Shown: piece by piece, positions 30,607 to 39,989 of the stretch
How positions within the stretch are numbered: the stretch's first letter is position 1
Layout of the letters: every line of letters starts with the position of its first letter
Assembly (NCBI GenBank): GCA_963712115.1
Contig: CAVQGX010000042.1
Span: 32,001-96,000, forward strand
From: an uncultured delta proteobacterium
GTDB taxonomy: Bacteria; Desulfobacterota; Syntrophobacteria; BM002
Length of the DNA stretch: 64,000 nucleotides
Direction: 5' to 3'
Notes under the pieces: generated by a model
Told to the model about the DNA's origin: nothing
Seen by the model: the letters and a program-made list of their open reading frames with translations, nothing else
The model's database searches: none
Made by a program: the position numbers and the translations under genes

Positions 30607-30721
30607 ACCGAGTTTCCCCTTGTACAACAGTCTGAAAAAGGTTATACTCCGTCGCCGGAGAAAGGGATATTATTCACAAAATCAGTGAAATCGATTCTCT
30701 TCTCCTTTGGCTAGTTTTTGC

Positions 30722-30749
30722 TTGACTGTAAATCCGACCTGCCTATAAT
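30722..30749 (+). promoter_or_regulatory. Sigma-70 promoter
   Basis: TTGACT-16nt-TATAAT, 47 nt before ATG 30797. Confidence 0.6.
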
Positions 30750-30796
30750 GACCAGCGTTTTCAGCCTAAACATATCAGTGGACAAGGAGCATTAAG

Positions 30797-30997
30797 ATGG
30801 CCGCTCATGCAGCTGATCAAAGGACTAAATCCGATGATCCTTTCAGGATGTACGCCTCCCCAGTAGGCGCTACTTTTTTGCAGAAGGCGAACAAAATCTT
30901 TGAAGACTTTCCTGTCTCCAAATACATACTTTTCTCCTTGATATTTGCCATTGAAGTAGCCATCGTCTTCGCTTTCGCCATCTATCTTACCCGTTAG
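30797..30997 (+). CDS. 66-aa single-pass membrane protein of unknown function
   Basis: AAGGAG RBS, upstream promoter, C-terminal hydrophobic helix YILFSLIFAIEVAIVFAFAIYL. Confidence 0.65.
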   Translation: MAAHAADQRTKSDDPFRMYASPVGATFLQKANKIFEDFPVSKYILFSLIFAIEVAIVFAFAIYLTR

Positions 30998-31255
30998 AGC
31001 CCTGATGCGAAGAGTATGAGCCATAATCCCGGCGGGGGAGGGATTAATACATTTTTCCTTGCAGTAAGTCCTAAAATTCACGAAGTTAATGACTGTTTTA
31101 AAAATGTGTGTTATATGATCAGTCTTGTTTTCCCTTCCTGTGGCCAACCTGGCCAGCAAAAACCGGATGGAAATATCGCAGAAAGTCTAGTGGTAATGGT
31201 TCGCCACAGGTGCAAAGATTGTCTTTTGACCAGAACCATATAAAAGAGGGATTTC

Positions 31256-34200
31256 ATGAAGGAGAAGATTCGACTAACCATCAACGGGCAGGAATTTGAG
31301 GCCGAAGCGGGCAACACCATTTTGCAGGTGGCCAGGCAAAAAGACATCCATATTCCAACACTTTGCTTCAACGAGGTTCTTAGACCTATCGAGAGCTGTC
31401 GACTCTGCGTCGTTCGAGTGGAGGGAGAGGAACACCTTCAGGCCTCCTGCAGCACCGAAATCCAAGAAGGCATGGTGATTACTACCGATTCTGATGAAAT
31501 TCATCAAATCCGTAAGCTCATGCTCGAACTCCTCCTCAAGGAACACTACGGTGACTGTGTGGCCCCTTGCCAGCTAACCTGTCCGGCCGGAATAGATATT
31601 CAGGGCTACATTGCCCTCATTGCCCAGGGACAGTACATCGAGGCTTTAAAGCTTATTCGAGAGCGTCTCCCCATGCCCCTTACCATAGGTCGGGTCTGCC
31701 CTCACTTCTGCGAGTACAAGTGCAATCGGAACCTGGTGGAAGAACCCATCAATATCAACCACCTCAAGCGGTTTGTCGCCGACTATGAGATGCACTCAGG
31801 TAAACGTAACCCGCCGCCTCTGTCAGAACTCTCCGGCCGTAAAGTGGCCATCATAGGCGGTGGACCTGCCGGCCTTTCGGCAGCCTATTATCTCCGTAGG
31901 CTGGGGCACGGCAGCACCATCTTTGACGCCATGCCTCATCTCGGCGGCATGCTCCGCTACGGCATTCCTGAATACCGTTTACCCAAAAAAATCCTCGACT
32001 GGGAAATTGACGGAATTCTCGAGTTGGGCAACATAGAGGTCAAATTGGGAGTCAAATGGGGAGAAGACTTCAGCATAGAATCCCTCAGGCAGGAAGGGTA
32101 CGACGCCTTCTTTCTTGCCATCGGCGCTTGGGATACACGAAAATTAGGCGTAGTGGGAGAAGACCTCCAAGGTGTCTGGTCTGGGGTGGACTTCCTTGTT
32201 GATCTTGCTCTCGGCAAGCCGATTCAGATTGGCAAGAACCTTGCCATAATCGGCGGTGGGAACGTTGCCATCGATGCAGCCCGCAACAGCGTGCGCATGG
32301 GCGCAGATACTGTAACCATTATTTACCGGCGTTCGCGGGAAGAGATGCCCGCCAGTCCCGAAGAAATTCATGGTGCTGAAGAAGAGGGAGTCCAGTTCCA
32401 CTTCTTGGCTGCGCCGGTCCGGCTCTTTGGCAGTAACGGCAAGGTTGACAAACTTGAGTATATCAAAATGGAACTCGGCGAGCCGGACGCCAGCGGCAGG
32501 CGTCGACCCGTACCCGTCGAGGGCTCAGAGACCCTAATTCCAGTGGATATGGTGATTGCAGCCATTGGGCAATTCCCTGATCTTTCTCCGGTGGAATCCG
32601 ACAAAGGAGTTGAAGGAATTCCTACCACTCGCTGGAATACATTCGGCGCTGATTCTGACAGCTTGTATACCGGTTTAGAGGGCGTATTCACCGGGGGCGA
32701 TGTCTATCGCGGCCCTGAGACCGTGGTTGGAGCCTTGGCTGATGGCCGCAAGGCGGCAATGGCCATACACCTTTATTTGCGCGAGAAAGAAGTGCATGGC
32801 CCGCCCAGGCCCTTCAATATCTTAAAGGGTGATCTTGAAAATATCGAGAAGGAACAGTTTACCACCAGGGTTACTTCAGCCCCTCGCGAACTCATGCCTG
32901 AACTGGAGCCGAGTGTACGGATCAAAAACTATGAGCAAATCGAGTTGGGTCTTCCCGAGGAGGGCGCGCGCAGGGAGGCGGAGCGCTGTCTCTCCTGTGG
33001 CTGCATGGATGCCTTTGACTGCAGACTGCGGAAATTTGCCTTTGATTTCGGCGTGGAAACCACTACCAGGGTCCGGCCACAAATATCCCTCCATGAGGTA
33101 TCGCGTCGCGACGTGCACCAATTCATCACCTTGGACCCCAACAAGTGCATACGCTGTAAGCAGTGCCATGAGGCCTGTACTTTCTTTCAATGCTCAGATG
33201 CCATCGACTTCGAGGACACTCCCAGTTTAAACTCCAATTGCGTTTTTTGTGGTCTTTGTGTTGATTTGTGTCCCACCGGGGCGTTAGAGGAGCGTATAAG
33301 CGGCAAACCCGGTCCATTTCACTTCAAGCAAAAGGAGACTATTTGTCCTCACTGCGGCTGTGGCTGCAACCTTCTGCTAAACGTAAAGAGCGACAAGCTG
33401 TTCACTGTGACCACTCGAAATACCGCCCCACCCAGCTATGGTTACACCTGCCGTCAGGGTCGCTTTGATAGCTTTGATTATCTCTCCAAGGGCAAACGGC
33501 TCCAGACCCCGCTGCTCAAGAAAGGCGGTAAATTAGTTGAGGCCAGCTGGGAGGAGGCCCTGGAGCGAGTAGTCTCTGAGTTTAAACGACTAAAGGAGGA
33601 GCACGGCCCCGTTGGGCTGGCTGCCATAGGTTCCCCGCGAGCCACTAATGAGGCCAATTACCTGCTTCAAAAGATTTTTCGCAACCAGTTGGAGTGTAAC
33701 AATTTGGATTACCCGGGAGGCCAGTCTCATCGGGCCACTTTGTCAACCCTTTCGCAGGCTCTGGGCAAGTCCGCCATGACCAATTCGTTGAGCGAAATTG
33801 AAAAGGCGGAGGTTATCTTCGCTCTGGGCAATGCAATCGAAGAAAACAATCCTGTAGTGGCCACTGCCATACGGCGAGCCAGCCGCACCCACGCTCGCCG
33901 TCTCATAACTCTAAGCTCCTCAGAAGTGGCTCTGGGTAAGTTTGCCGAACCTGCCCTGGTTGTTCCCAAGGAATACATGGCTGATTTCCTTCAAAGCCTG
34001 GTCAAACTTATGCTTGAACTTAAGCTCTACGATAAAGATTTCGTAGCTGCTCATACCAAGGGAATAGGGGATCTGGAAAAGTCCCTGGCATCTTTCGATC
34101 ATCTAGATACGTTAGCCAAACTTAAGATGCTACCGAGCACTTTCGAAGAGCTGGCCCGAACCCTTGCAAATACTTCTTCCCTTGCCATAGTCTACTCAGA

Positions 34201-34969
34201 AGATTTTACGGCTCATGCCAAGGGAACCAAGAAGGTCGAGGCCATAGCCAATCTAGCCATGCTCACCGCTCGGCTTGGTCAGCTGCAAAGTGGCATCTAT
34301 CCTCTATATCGCCACATCAATGCTCAGGGTGCCATGGACATGGGCATGACACCATCTTACTACCCAGGCCATGTCAGCATCTCAGACCTAGCGGTTAACC
34401 ATAGATTCATTAAGGTCTGGGGAGGTCAGCTGCCTGCCACCGCCGGATTAGATTACAGGGAGATAATTGAAGCGGCCCAGCAGAAAAAAGTTAAGGGACT
34501 TTATCTAATGGGAGAAAACCCGCTGGCCACTCAGCCTGAGAGGGAGAAAATCCAGGAGGCTTTAAAGCAGGTTGAATTTCTCGTGGTGCAGGATATGTTA
34601 CTTACCCAGTGTGGGGAACTGGCAGATGTGATCTTACCTTCTACAGCTTCTACAGAACAGGAGGGGACTTTTACCAATACCGAACGGAGAGCTCAAAAAC
34701 TCTCGCCAGCTTTGCCTGCTCCGGGCGGTGCCCTTCCAGATTGGCGCATTCTGGCAGATCTACTGGCAAAGCTGGATTCCGGAGCCACATATAAGGACGC
34801 CGAATCTATCTATGAGGAAATAATGTCAGTTGTCCCCTTCTACCAGGGACTCACTTACGAGCTCTTGCAAGAAGGCGGCTTGCAGTGGCCCTACACCAGG
34901 GAAAACTCGAGTGGTATGCTTAGATTGGAGGATCTTAAAAAGCCACTAGAGTTTGTAGTTAGCGGCTGA
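31256..34969 (+). CDS. Fused oxidoreductase: NuoG/SfrA-like Fe-S chain with inserted GltD/SfrB-like FAD-NADPH domain and ligand-less molybdopterin-fold C-terminus
   Basis: IPTLC..CRLC..C [2Fe-2S]; APCQLTCP, GRVCPHFCEYKC, IGGGPAGL, GGGNVAIDAAR, YRRS; CIRCKQC and CVFCGLC; CPHCGCGC; EGTFTNTERR. Confidence 0.9.
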   Translation: MKEKIRLTINGQEFEAEAGNTILQVARQKDIHIPTLCFNEVLRPIESCRLCVVRVEGEEHLQASCSTEIQEGMVITTDSDEIHQIRKLMLELLLKEHYGDCVAPCQLTCPAGIDIQGYIALIAQGQYIEALKLIRERLPMPLTIGRVCPHFCEYKCNRNLVEEPININHLKRFVADYEMHSGKRNPPPLSELSGRKVAIIGGGPAGLSAAYYLRRLGHGSTIFDAMPHLGGMLRYGIPEYRLPKKILDWEIDGILELGNIEVKLGVKWGEDFSIESLRQEGYDAFFLAIGAWDTRKLGVVGEDLQGVWSGVDFLVDLALGKPIQIGKNLAIIGGGNVAIDAARNSVRMGADTVTIIYRRSREEMPASPEEIHGAEEEGVQFHFLAAPVRLFGSNGKVDKLEYIKMELGEPDASGRRRPVPVEGSETLIPVDMVIAAIGQFPDLSPVESDKGVEGIPTTRWNTFGADSDSLYTGLEGVFTGGDVYRGPETVVGALADGRKAAMAIHLYLREKEVHGPPRPFNILKGDLENIEKEQFTTRVTSAPRELMPELEPSVRIKNYEQIELGLPEEGARREAERCLSCGCMDAFDCRLRKFAFDFGVETTTRVRPQISLHEVSRRDVHQFITLDPNKCIRCKQCHEACTFFQCSDAIDFEDTPSLNSNCVFCGLCVDLCPTGALEERISGKPGPFHFKQKETICPHCGCGCNLLLNVKSDKLFTVTTRNTAPPSYGYTCRQGRFDSFDYLSKGKRLQTPLLKKGGKLVEASWEEALERVVSEFKRLKEEHGPVGLAAIGSPRATNEANYLLQKIFRNQLECNNLDYPGGQSHRATLSTLSQALGKSAMTNSLSEIEKAEVIFALGNAIEENNPVVATAIRRASRTHARRLITLSSSEVALGKFAEPALVVPKEYMADFLQSLVKLMLELKLYDKDFVAAHTKGIGDLEKSLASFDHLDTLAKLKMLPSTFEELARTLANTSSLAIVYSEDFTAHAKGTKKVEAIANLAMLTARLGQLQSGIYPLYRHINAQGAMDMGMTPSYYPGHVSISDLAVNHRFIKVWGGQLPATAGLDYREIIEAAQQKKVKGLYLMGENPLATQPEREKIQEALKQVEFLVVQDMLLTQCGELADVILPSTASTEQEGTFTNTERRAQKLSPALPAPGGALPDWRILADLLAKLDSGATYKDAESIYEEIMSVVPFYQGLTYELLQEGGLQWPYTRENSSGMLRLEDLKKPLEFVVSG

Positions 34970-35017
34970 TAACTACTTATGCACAGATACGGACAACCGA
35001 CCACTGACAATTTTCTA

Positions 35018-35046
35018 TTGAAAATTGTTACAGATTCCGATATATT
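35018..35046 (+). promoter_or_regulatory. Sigma-70 promoter of the leu leader
   Basis: TTGAAA-17nt-TATATT. Confidence 0.6.
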
Positions 35047-35078
35047 TACCTTGATTTTAACAGCTCAACGAGGAAAGC

Positions 35079-35183
35079 ATGAACAGAATCCGGCAGTGGG
35101 AAGGTCTTCTTAGCCTGGAGCTTTTGCTCCTGCTGGGCCTTTTGTGCCTTTGCAGCCCGCCCATTGCCTTTGACGGTTGCTGA
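35079..35183 (+). CDS. Leucine-rich attenuator leader peptide (34 aa)
   Basis: MNRIRQWEGLLSLELLLLLGLLCLCSPPIAFDGC*, 11 Leu; GAGG RBS; upstream of leuA. Confidence 0.85.
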   Translation: MNRIRQWEGLLSLELLLLLGLLCLCSPPIAFDGC

Positions 35184-35205
35184 CCACCTGCTCGTCGAAA
35201 GTTAC

Positions 35206-35241
35206 AAAGGCCATGGGCGAATCGCCCATGGCCTTTTTTTT
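35206..35241 (+). terminator. Attenuator terminator with competing antiterminator
   Basis: GGCCATGGGCG-AAT-CGCCCATGGCC then T8; 35158-35172 is complementary to 35205-35219 at 14/15 nt. Confidence 0.9.
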
Positions 35242-35372
35242 ATGGAGTGTTGGAGTACTGGAGTATTGGGACAGCTCAATTGCGGATTTTGGAATGCGGA
35301 TTGCGGAAGTTTAGTTCAGTGTTTGATTTGGTTCTTGTTGTTTTCAATCCGAAATCCGAAATCTGAAATCTG
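35242..35372. repeat. Octamer tract plus inverted heptamer arms between attenuator and leuA
   Basis: tggagtgt tggagtac tggagtat; attgcgg attttgg aatgcgg attgcgg ... caatccg aaatccg aaatctg aaatctg. Confidence 0.85.
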
Positions 35373-35467
35373 AGAGGTGGTGGTGGACATGGGGCTGGCT
35401 CTTATATCTAGTGAGACGGCTGACGAATCGGACCTTCCTCTAAACCCTTATATTTTCGGAGGCAATC

Positions 35468-36982
35468 ATGTCAACAAGGAAGATAAAAATCTTCGATACT
35501 ACCCTGAGAGATGGCGAGCAGGTGCCTGGTGCCAAACTCAATGCCAAGCAAAAACTGGAAATCGCTCTCCAATTGGAAAGGCTCGGGGTAGACGTAATCG
35601 AGGCCGGTTTCCCCTGCTCATCACCTGGGGATGCACAGGCGGTCAAAAATGTGGCCCAACAAGTTAAGAAGTCTACCATCGCTGGCCTCGCTAGAGCCGT
35701 CCAGCAGGATATAGATATCTGTTGGGAATCTGTGCGCCAGGCTGAGAGCCCGCGGATACACGTATTCCTTGGTTCCTCGGACATCCATGTCCAGAAAAAA
35801 CTCCGTATGGACCGGGAAAAAGCTATGAACCTTGCGGTGGAATCTGTCAAATATGCCAAAAGCTTTTGCTCGGACGTCGAGTATTCCACGGAAGATGCCT
35901 CTCGCACCGACTTTGAATATCTTTGCCGGGTGATCGAAGCAGTTATCAAAGTAGGCGCCACCACTATAAACGTCCCCGACACAGTAGGCTATGCCACCCC
36001 TCATGAATTCGGCGATCTAATCATTAGGCTGCGAGAGAGTGTGCCTGCTCTGGACAAAGTTACTTTGAGTGTTCATTGCCACAATGATCTTGGCTTGGCC
36101 GTGGCCAACTCTTTAACTGCCATCCTCAACGGAGCCCAACAGGTGGAGTGCACCATCAATGGCATTGGCGAACGGGCCGGCAATGCTTCCCTGGAAGAGA
36201 TAGTGATGACTTTGCGCACCAGGCCTACAATTTTCCAGGCTCACACTGATATAAATACCAAAGAGATCTATCGAACAAGCAGGATGGTAAGCAGGCTTAT
36301 GAACATCCCGGTTCAACCCAATAAGGCCATTGTAGGATCCAATGCCTTCGCTCATTCATCTGGTATCCACCAGGATGGTATCCTTAAGGATCGACGGACC
36401 TATGAGATCATGAAACCGGAAGATGTGGGCATCAAAGAACACACCATGGTGCTAACTGCTCGCTCCGGACGCGCCGCCGTACGTCATAAATTAAAGGAAC
36501 TCGGTTTTGACTTAGAAAAAGAGACGTTCGAAAGGGTATTCCAGCGCTTTATTAATGTGGCAGATCGAAAAAAGGAAATTACTGCCAAGGACCTCAGCAG
36601 CATTGTAGAGGTTGAAATCTCCAAGGTACCAGAAACCTATATCTTCCTCGGCATGCAGATTATGAGCGGAAACCAGACGACGCCGCTTTCATCCGTGCGG
36701 CTCAAAAAAGGAGATGACCTCCTCACAGACGCAGCAATAGGGAACGGGCCGGTGGATGCTACCTATCGCTGTATTGAACGTCTGGTTGGACATCAGGGGA
36801 AACTGCTGGATTACGACCTCAAGGCAATCACCACTGGGAAAGATGCCTTGGGTGAAGCAGTGGTTCGCGTGGAGATAGAAGGAAGAGTCTACTCCGGCCT
36901 AGGCACCAGCCCGGACGTTATCGAGGCCAGTGCCCGTGCTTACTTGAATGCCTTCAATCGGTTTTTTGCAAATAATGTTTAA
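35468..36982 (+). CDS. leuA: 2-isopropylmalate synthase
   Basis: [37 protein letters not shown]-terminal regulatory domain GNGPVDA. Confidence 0.95.
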   Translation: MSTRKIKIFDTTLRDGEQVPGAKLNAKQKLEIALQLERLGVDVIEAGFPCSSPGDAQAVKNVAQQVKKSTIAGLARAVQQDIDICWESVRQAESPRIHVFLGSSDIHVQKKLRMDREKAMNLAVESVKYAKSFCSDVEYSTEDASRTDFEYLCRVIEAVIKVGATTINVPDTVGYATPHEFGDLIIRLRESVPALDKVTLSVHCHNDLGLAVANSLTAILNGAQQVECTINGIGERAGNASLEEIVMTLRTRPTIFQAHTDINTKEIYRTSRMVSRLMNIPVQPNKAIVGSNAFAHSSGIHQDGILKDRRTYEIMKPEDVGIKEHTMVLTARSGRAAVRHKLKELGFDLEKETFERVFQRFINVADRKKEITAKDLSSIVEVEISKVPETYIFLGMQIMSGNQTTPLSSVRLKKGDDLLTDAAIGNGPVDATYRCIERLVGHQGKLLDYDLKAITTGKDALGEAVVRVEIEGRVYSGLGTSPDVIEASARAYLNAFNRFFANNV

Positions 36983-36998
36983 GTGGAATTTCGGCTGA

Positions 36999-37019
36999 GG
37001 GCGGGGGTAAACCCCGCCC
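36999..37019. repeat. GC-rich REP-like hairpin between convergent genes
   Basis: GGGCGGGG-GTAAA-CCCCGCCC. Confidence 0.55.
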
Positions 37020-37037
37020 ACATTTTCGCACCTACCC

Positions 37038-37553
37038 CTAGCCTTTCTCAAGTCCACCACTCTCAGCCACCTGCTCCACTAAGGCTTGAAATAGAACGAT
37101 CATATCCTTGTTTGCTTTGCGCAGCCTTTTGGATAGCTCTTTTCCTATGGCCCTCGTCACCAGAAGGCCTAGCCGTGGGTCTTCCTCTCCCAACCGGTTA
37201 AAATCTTCACGATTGATCACCAGAAACTCGCAATCAGTCTCGGCGGTCACTGAGGCGGATCGCACTTCTCTATCCATTAGGGCTAATTCTCCAAAAAAAG
37301 CATCCTCTTGGTCCGTTAAAGTTATAATTGTATAAAGTTCCTGGTCGAGAGTTCGTTTCTGAACTTTCACTGCCCCCTGATAAAGAATATAGAGTTCACT
37401 ACCCTCAATGCCTTCACTGATTAACTCGTCTCCGGCCTTACACTGCTGCCAGGTGAAGATACTCGCCAGCTTGGCAAGTCTCTCCTCATCACCTTCGAGG
37501 GTATGGAACAGTTTAACCTTTTTCAGTTTTTCAATTACATCCTGTTCAGCCAT
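37038..37553 (-). CDS. Stand-alone cyclic-nucleotide-binding domain protein
   Basis: LYILYQGAV, FFGELAL, RSASVTA. Confidence 0.9.
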   Translation of the reverse strand: MAEQDVIEKLKKVKLFHTLEGDEERLAKLASIFTWQQCKAGDELISEGIEGSELYILYQGAVKVQKRTLDQELYTIITLTDQEDAFFGELALMDREVRSASVTAETDCEFLVINREDFNRLGEEDPRLGLLVTRAIGKELSKRLRKANKDMIVLFQALVEQVAESGGLEKG

Positions 37554-37573
37554 TCTTCTATCCCATTTATCTT

Positions 37574-37746
37574 AAATGTCTAAAGTGTCTAAAGTGAGCT
37601 AAAATGCCTAAAATTAAGGTAATTGGTAATGGGTTATAGGTTATGGGTCGTTAAAATCGTTCAAGTCGTTCAAATCGTTGAAGCCATAGAAACCGCTGAG
37701 CTTCTGCAAATTCGCAATTCGAAATTACTTCCCTATGCTCTATGCC
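37574..37746. repeat. Stacked 9-mer/7-mer/9-mer composite (inverted relative of 62609-62720) plus further heptamer tracts
   Basis: aaatgtcta aagtgtcta aagtgagcta aaatgccta; ggtaatt ggtaatg ggttata ggttatg; gtcgttaaa atcgttcaa gtcgttcaa atcgttgaa. Confidence 0.9.
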
Positions 37747-37783
37747 TCACCGAATCCGTTATTACCAGAGTGGTTCGTACGCA

Positions 37784-39001
37784 TCAGCCTTGAATCAAGA
37801 TGGCCCGGGAATAGGACTTGATTCGATAATCCGGGCCGGGGTTGAACACCGGCAGATTTCCGCGCAATTCTTTCACTTCCTGGAGATTTGCTATCAACCT
37901 TGAGATATCCGGAGTCTTCTGAGCCTCATGTAAGGCTTCCCGTTTGCGCTGAAAAATATTCCCGGTATTCTCCAGTAGACCTATGAGAATACCACTTTCT
38001 CCTTCCATGAAATAACTGCTGAGATTGGCGAAAGAGTCCCCTATGAAACGATCCGGGAAATTCTTTGTAATCAGCCAGCCTCCCCCCACGTTGAGAAGGT
38101 CTTGTACTATGTGGGCAATACCTGAAGCTGCCGTAGCATTGGCCAGAAGAATTCTGTTATGTTCGCGGCTCAATACTATTTCATCGCAATGAACATTTTC
38201 TAAGTATCGCTTGAATTTGGAATCAATAAGCTCGACACAAGTATAGATATCCCTTGATATTGTCTTTATGGTCAAAACCGCCATCACAGTGCGAGCATCT
38301 ACTTCCTGGTCGGATGCCTGGTTACTTTTGTCTGCCAGCACCAGCACTCTGTCGGCCTTCTTGATATTGGCGCGTAGCAGCACGTTCTCATCCACGTAGT
38401 CACCCCGCACGAAGCGCACATTTTGCAGATTCGGATTCGAGCGTAGATTCTCCATTTTTGATTGCTCCACCGTGCTCACCACAACGATGTCCTCATCTGA
38501 GAGATGGGGGTTAATACAGAGAATGTCTTCCAGCACGGAGACCATCTCACTTTTCCAGCCGCAGATGACAAAATGTTTTTTGATTTTTTTTTGATCGGCC
38601 AAGCCGCTTCCCTCCTTGATCTTCCACGCCACCAGCCAGGATGCGATCCGGCCGGTGATCATTCCCAACAAGCCAATACCGAGTAGCATAACAAGGATGG
38701 CTACTAACCTTCCGCCAGTCGTCAATGGTACCTTGTCGCCATAGCCCACGGTGGCTGCGGTGACCAGGGTCCACCACACGGCGTCCCACATGTTGACAAA
38801 ACCCTGGTTGGCACCGTATTCAAAAAACAGTACTCCCAGGGAACTCATCAAAAAGACGAGCAAAACTGCCGCAATAACCGGATAAGTGCGACTCCTTGTC
38901 ACCCGCTTCATTAGAACAGCCAGCCGGTTCTTTTTGCGGAATGTTGCTCGATTCCGATCTCCCATAGATCGATTCATCTTCGTCCAGGTATCTCCGCACA
39001 T
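37784..39001 (-). CDS. Two-TM potassium channel with RCK (TrkA-N) domain
   Basis: WWTLVTAATVGYGD selectivity filter, HFVICGW RCK start; true start possibly ATG 38911. Confidence 0.9.
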   Translation of the reverse strand: MCGDTWTKMNRSMGDRNRATFRKKNRLAVLMKRVTRSRTYPVIAAVLLVFLMSSLGVLFFEYGANQGFVNMWDAVWWTLVTAATVGYGDKVPLTTGGRLVAILVMLLGIGLLGMITGRIASWLVAWKIKEGSGLADQKKIKKHFVICGWKSEMVSVLEDILCINPHLSDEDIVVVSTVEQSKMENLRSNPNLQNVRFVRGDYVDENVLLRANIKKADRVLVLADKSNQASDQEVDARTVMAVLTIKTISRDIYTCVELIDSKFKRYLENVHCDEIVLSREHNRILLANATAASGIAHIVQDLLNVGGGWLITKNFPDRFIGDSFANLSSYFMEGESGILIGLLENTGNIFQRKREALHEAQKTPDISRLIANLQEVKELRGNLPVFNPGPDYRIKSYSRAILIQG

Positions 39002-39027
39002 GCAATCATTAGCATCGAAAGATTAAA

Positions 39028-39143
39028 TCATAAAGCACACCAAGAGCACAAAGAAAAACAATCATATCTTCATATTTACAAATATCATTATCTACTTTGA
39101 TTTCCTTTGTGATCTCTCTGTGATCTCTGTGATCTCTGTGGTT
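39028..39143. repeat. Inverted nonamer arms (CACAAAGAG / CTCTGTGAT)
   Basis: cataaagca caccaagag cacaaagaa ... ctttgtgat ct ctctgtgat ctctgtgat ctctgtggtt. Confidence 0.75.
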
Positions 39144-39273
39144 GAAACCCACCCACACGAGGGCTTCGAAGTTAGGTTACTCTACACTCGAATTCAAGAG
39201 TGATCAAGGGCAAAATCTATTGCGAAAATGGTAGGTTAGAATAGCTTAGCAGGCTTGATCTCAAATCTCAGAT

Positions 39274-39348
39274 ACCTGGTCCTCTGGGACAGGTCAGATC
39301 GCAATGGCTTTACCGGTAAAAATGATGAGCGCTTTTGCAGTATTGGAG
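39274..39348. repeat. 75-bp dispersed repeat (family B), copy 1
   Basis: Ungapped 62/75 match (hand count) to the reverse complement of 42645-42719. Confidence 0.85.
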
Positions 39349-39362
39349 CAAGTATCATTTAT

Positions 39363-39452
39363 AATTTCAGATTGCTGATTGCAGATTGAGGCTGAATGCA
39401 TTCCTTGTCACTTGGTTCTGAGCTCTTAAATCTGAAATCTGCAATCTCAAAT
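39363..39452. repeat. Inverted heptamer arms (ATTKCAG / CTGMAAT)
   Basis: atttcag attgctg attgcag attgagg ... aaatctg aaatctg caatctc aaatg. Confidence 0.8.
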
Positions 39453-39520
39453 GCAAAATCTAAAGCCATCAGTTCTCCAGATCAGCCCTAAACTCGCAGT
39501 AAAATATAGCAACATTTCTC

Positions 39521-39549
39521 TTGGCAAAGGGACCGACTCGTGATAGATT
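39521..39549 (+). promoter_or_regulatory. Sigma-70 promoter of the candidate ncRNA
   Basis: TTGGCA-17nt-TAGATT with TG extension. Confidence 0.55.
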
Positions 39550-39553
39550 AAAA

Positions 39554-39734
39554 GTGGTCCCAACGAGCGGGAACCATCACGGTTGGCCTTAGGAAGACTA
39601 TTTTGCTGGGCCTACCGGACGGACCTAGTAACCCTGCCAGGTGGCGCAAATTCCGGTAGTCATAGTGATGCCGGGGGGAGAACGGTGGTTCGGGAATAAC
39701 CAGATGGAATAACGTTTGTTGGGGCCATTTTTTT
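39554..39734 (+). ncRNA. Structured non-coding RNA (~176 nt), family unassigned
   Basis: 5' GUGGUCCCAACGAGCG pairs with 3' CGUUUGUUGGGGCCAU (16 bp, four G-U); inner helices GAACCAUC/GGUGGUUC and CUACCGGA/UCCGGUAG; U run after; no ORF. Confidence 0.7.
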
Positions 39735-39770
39735 GGTGGGAGATAATCAGCCCCAATTAACCTCTGGGCC

Positions 39771-39959
39771 CTAAGAAGACTCCTTCGCTCCTTCGAGAAT
39801 GCTCTTTACCCTTTTATACTCTTGACGGGTTCTATTTAATTCTAGCTGAAGTTCGTCTCTCCTCTCACCCAGTGGTTCCGAATCGTACGCCTGCTCCAAT
39901 TCCTCCAAACGGTTCTTCAGTTCATAGAGGTTTCGAGCTATCTCTCGGATGTATACCAC
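39771..39959 (-). CDS. Small coiled-coil hypothetical protein
   Basis: Heptad-like charged helix; follows the TPR lipoprotein gene. Confidence 0.65.
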   Translation of the reverse strand: MVYIREIARNLYELKNRLEELEQAYDSEPLGERRDELQLELNRTRQEYKRVKSILEGAKESS

Positions 39960-39989
39960 GCCGCCCCCACTCTAATGCCCTGCCCTCGT

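Noticed and set aside
39625-39660. SRP RNA (ffs)
   Set aside because: CCAGG is present but the GGAA tetraloop and AGCA of helix 8 are not; kept as unassigned ncRNA
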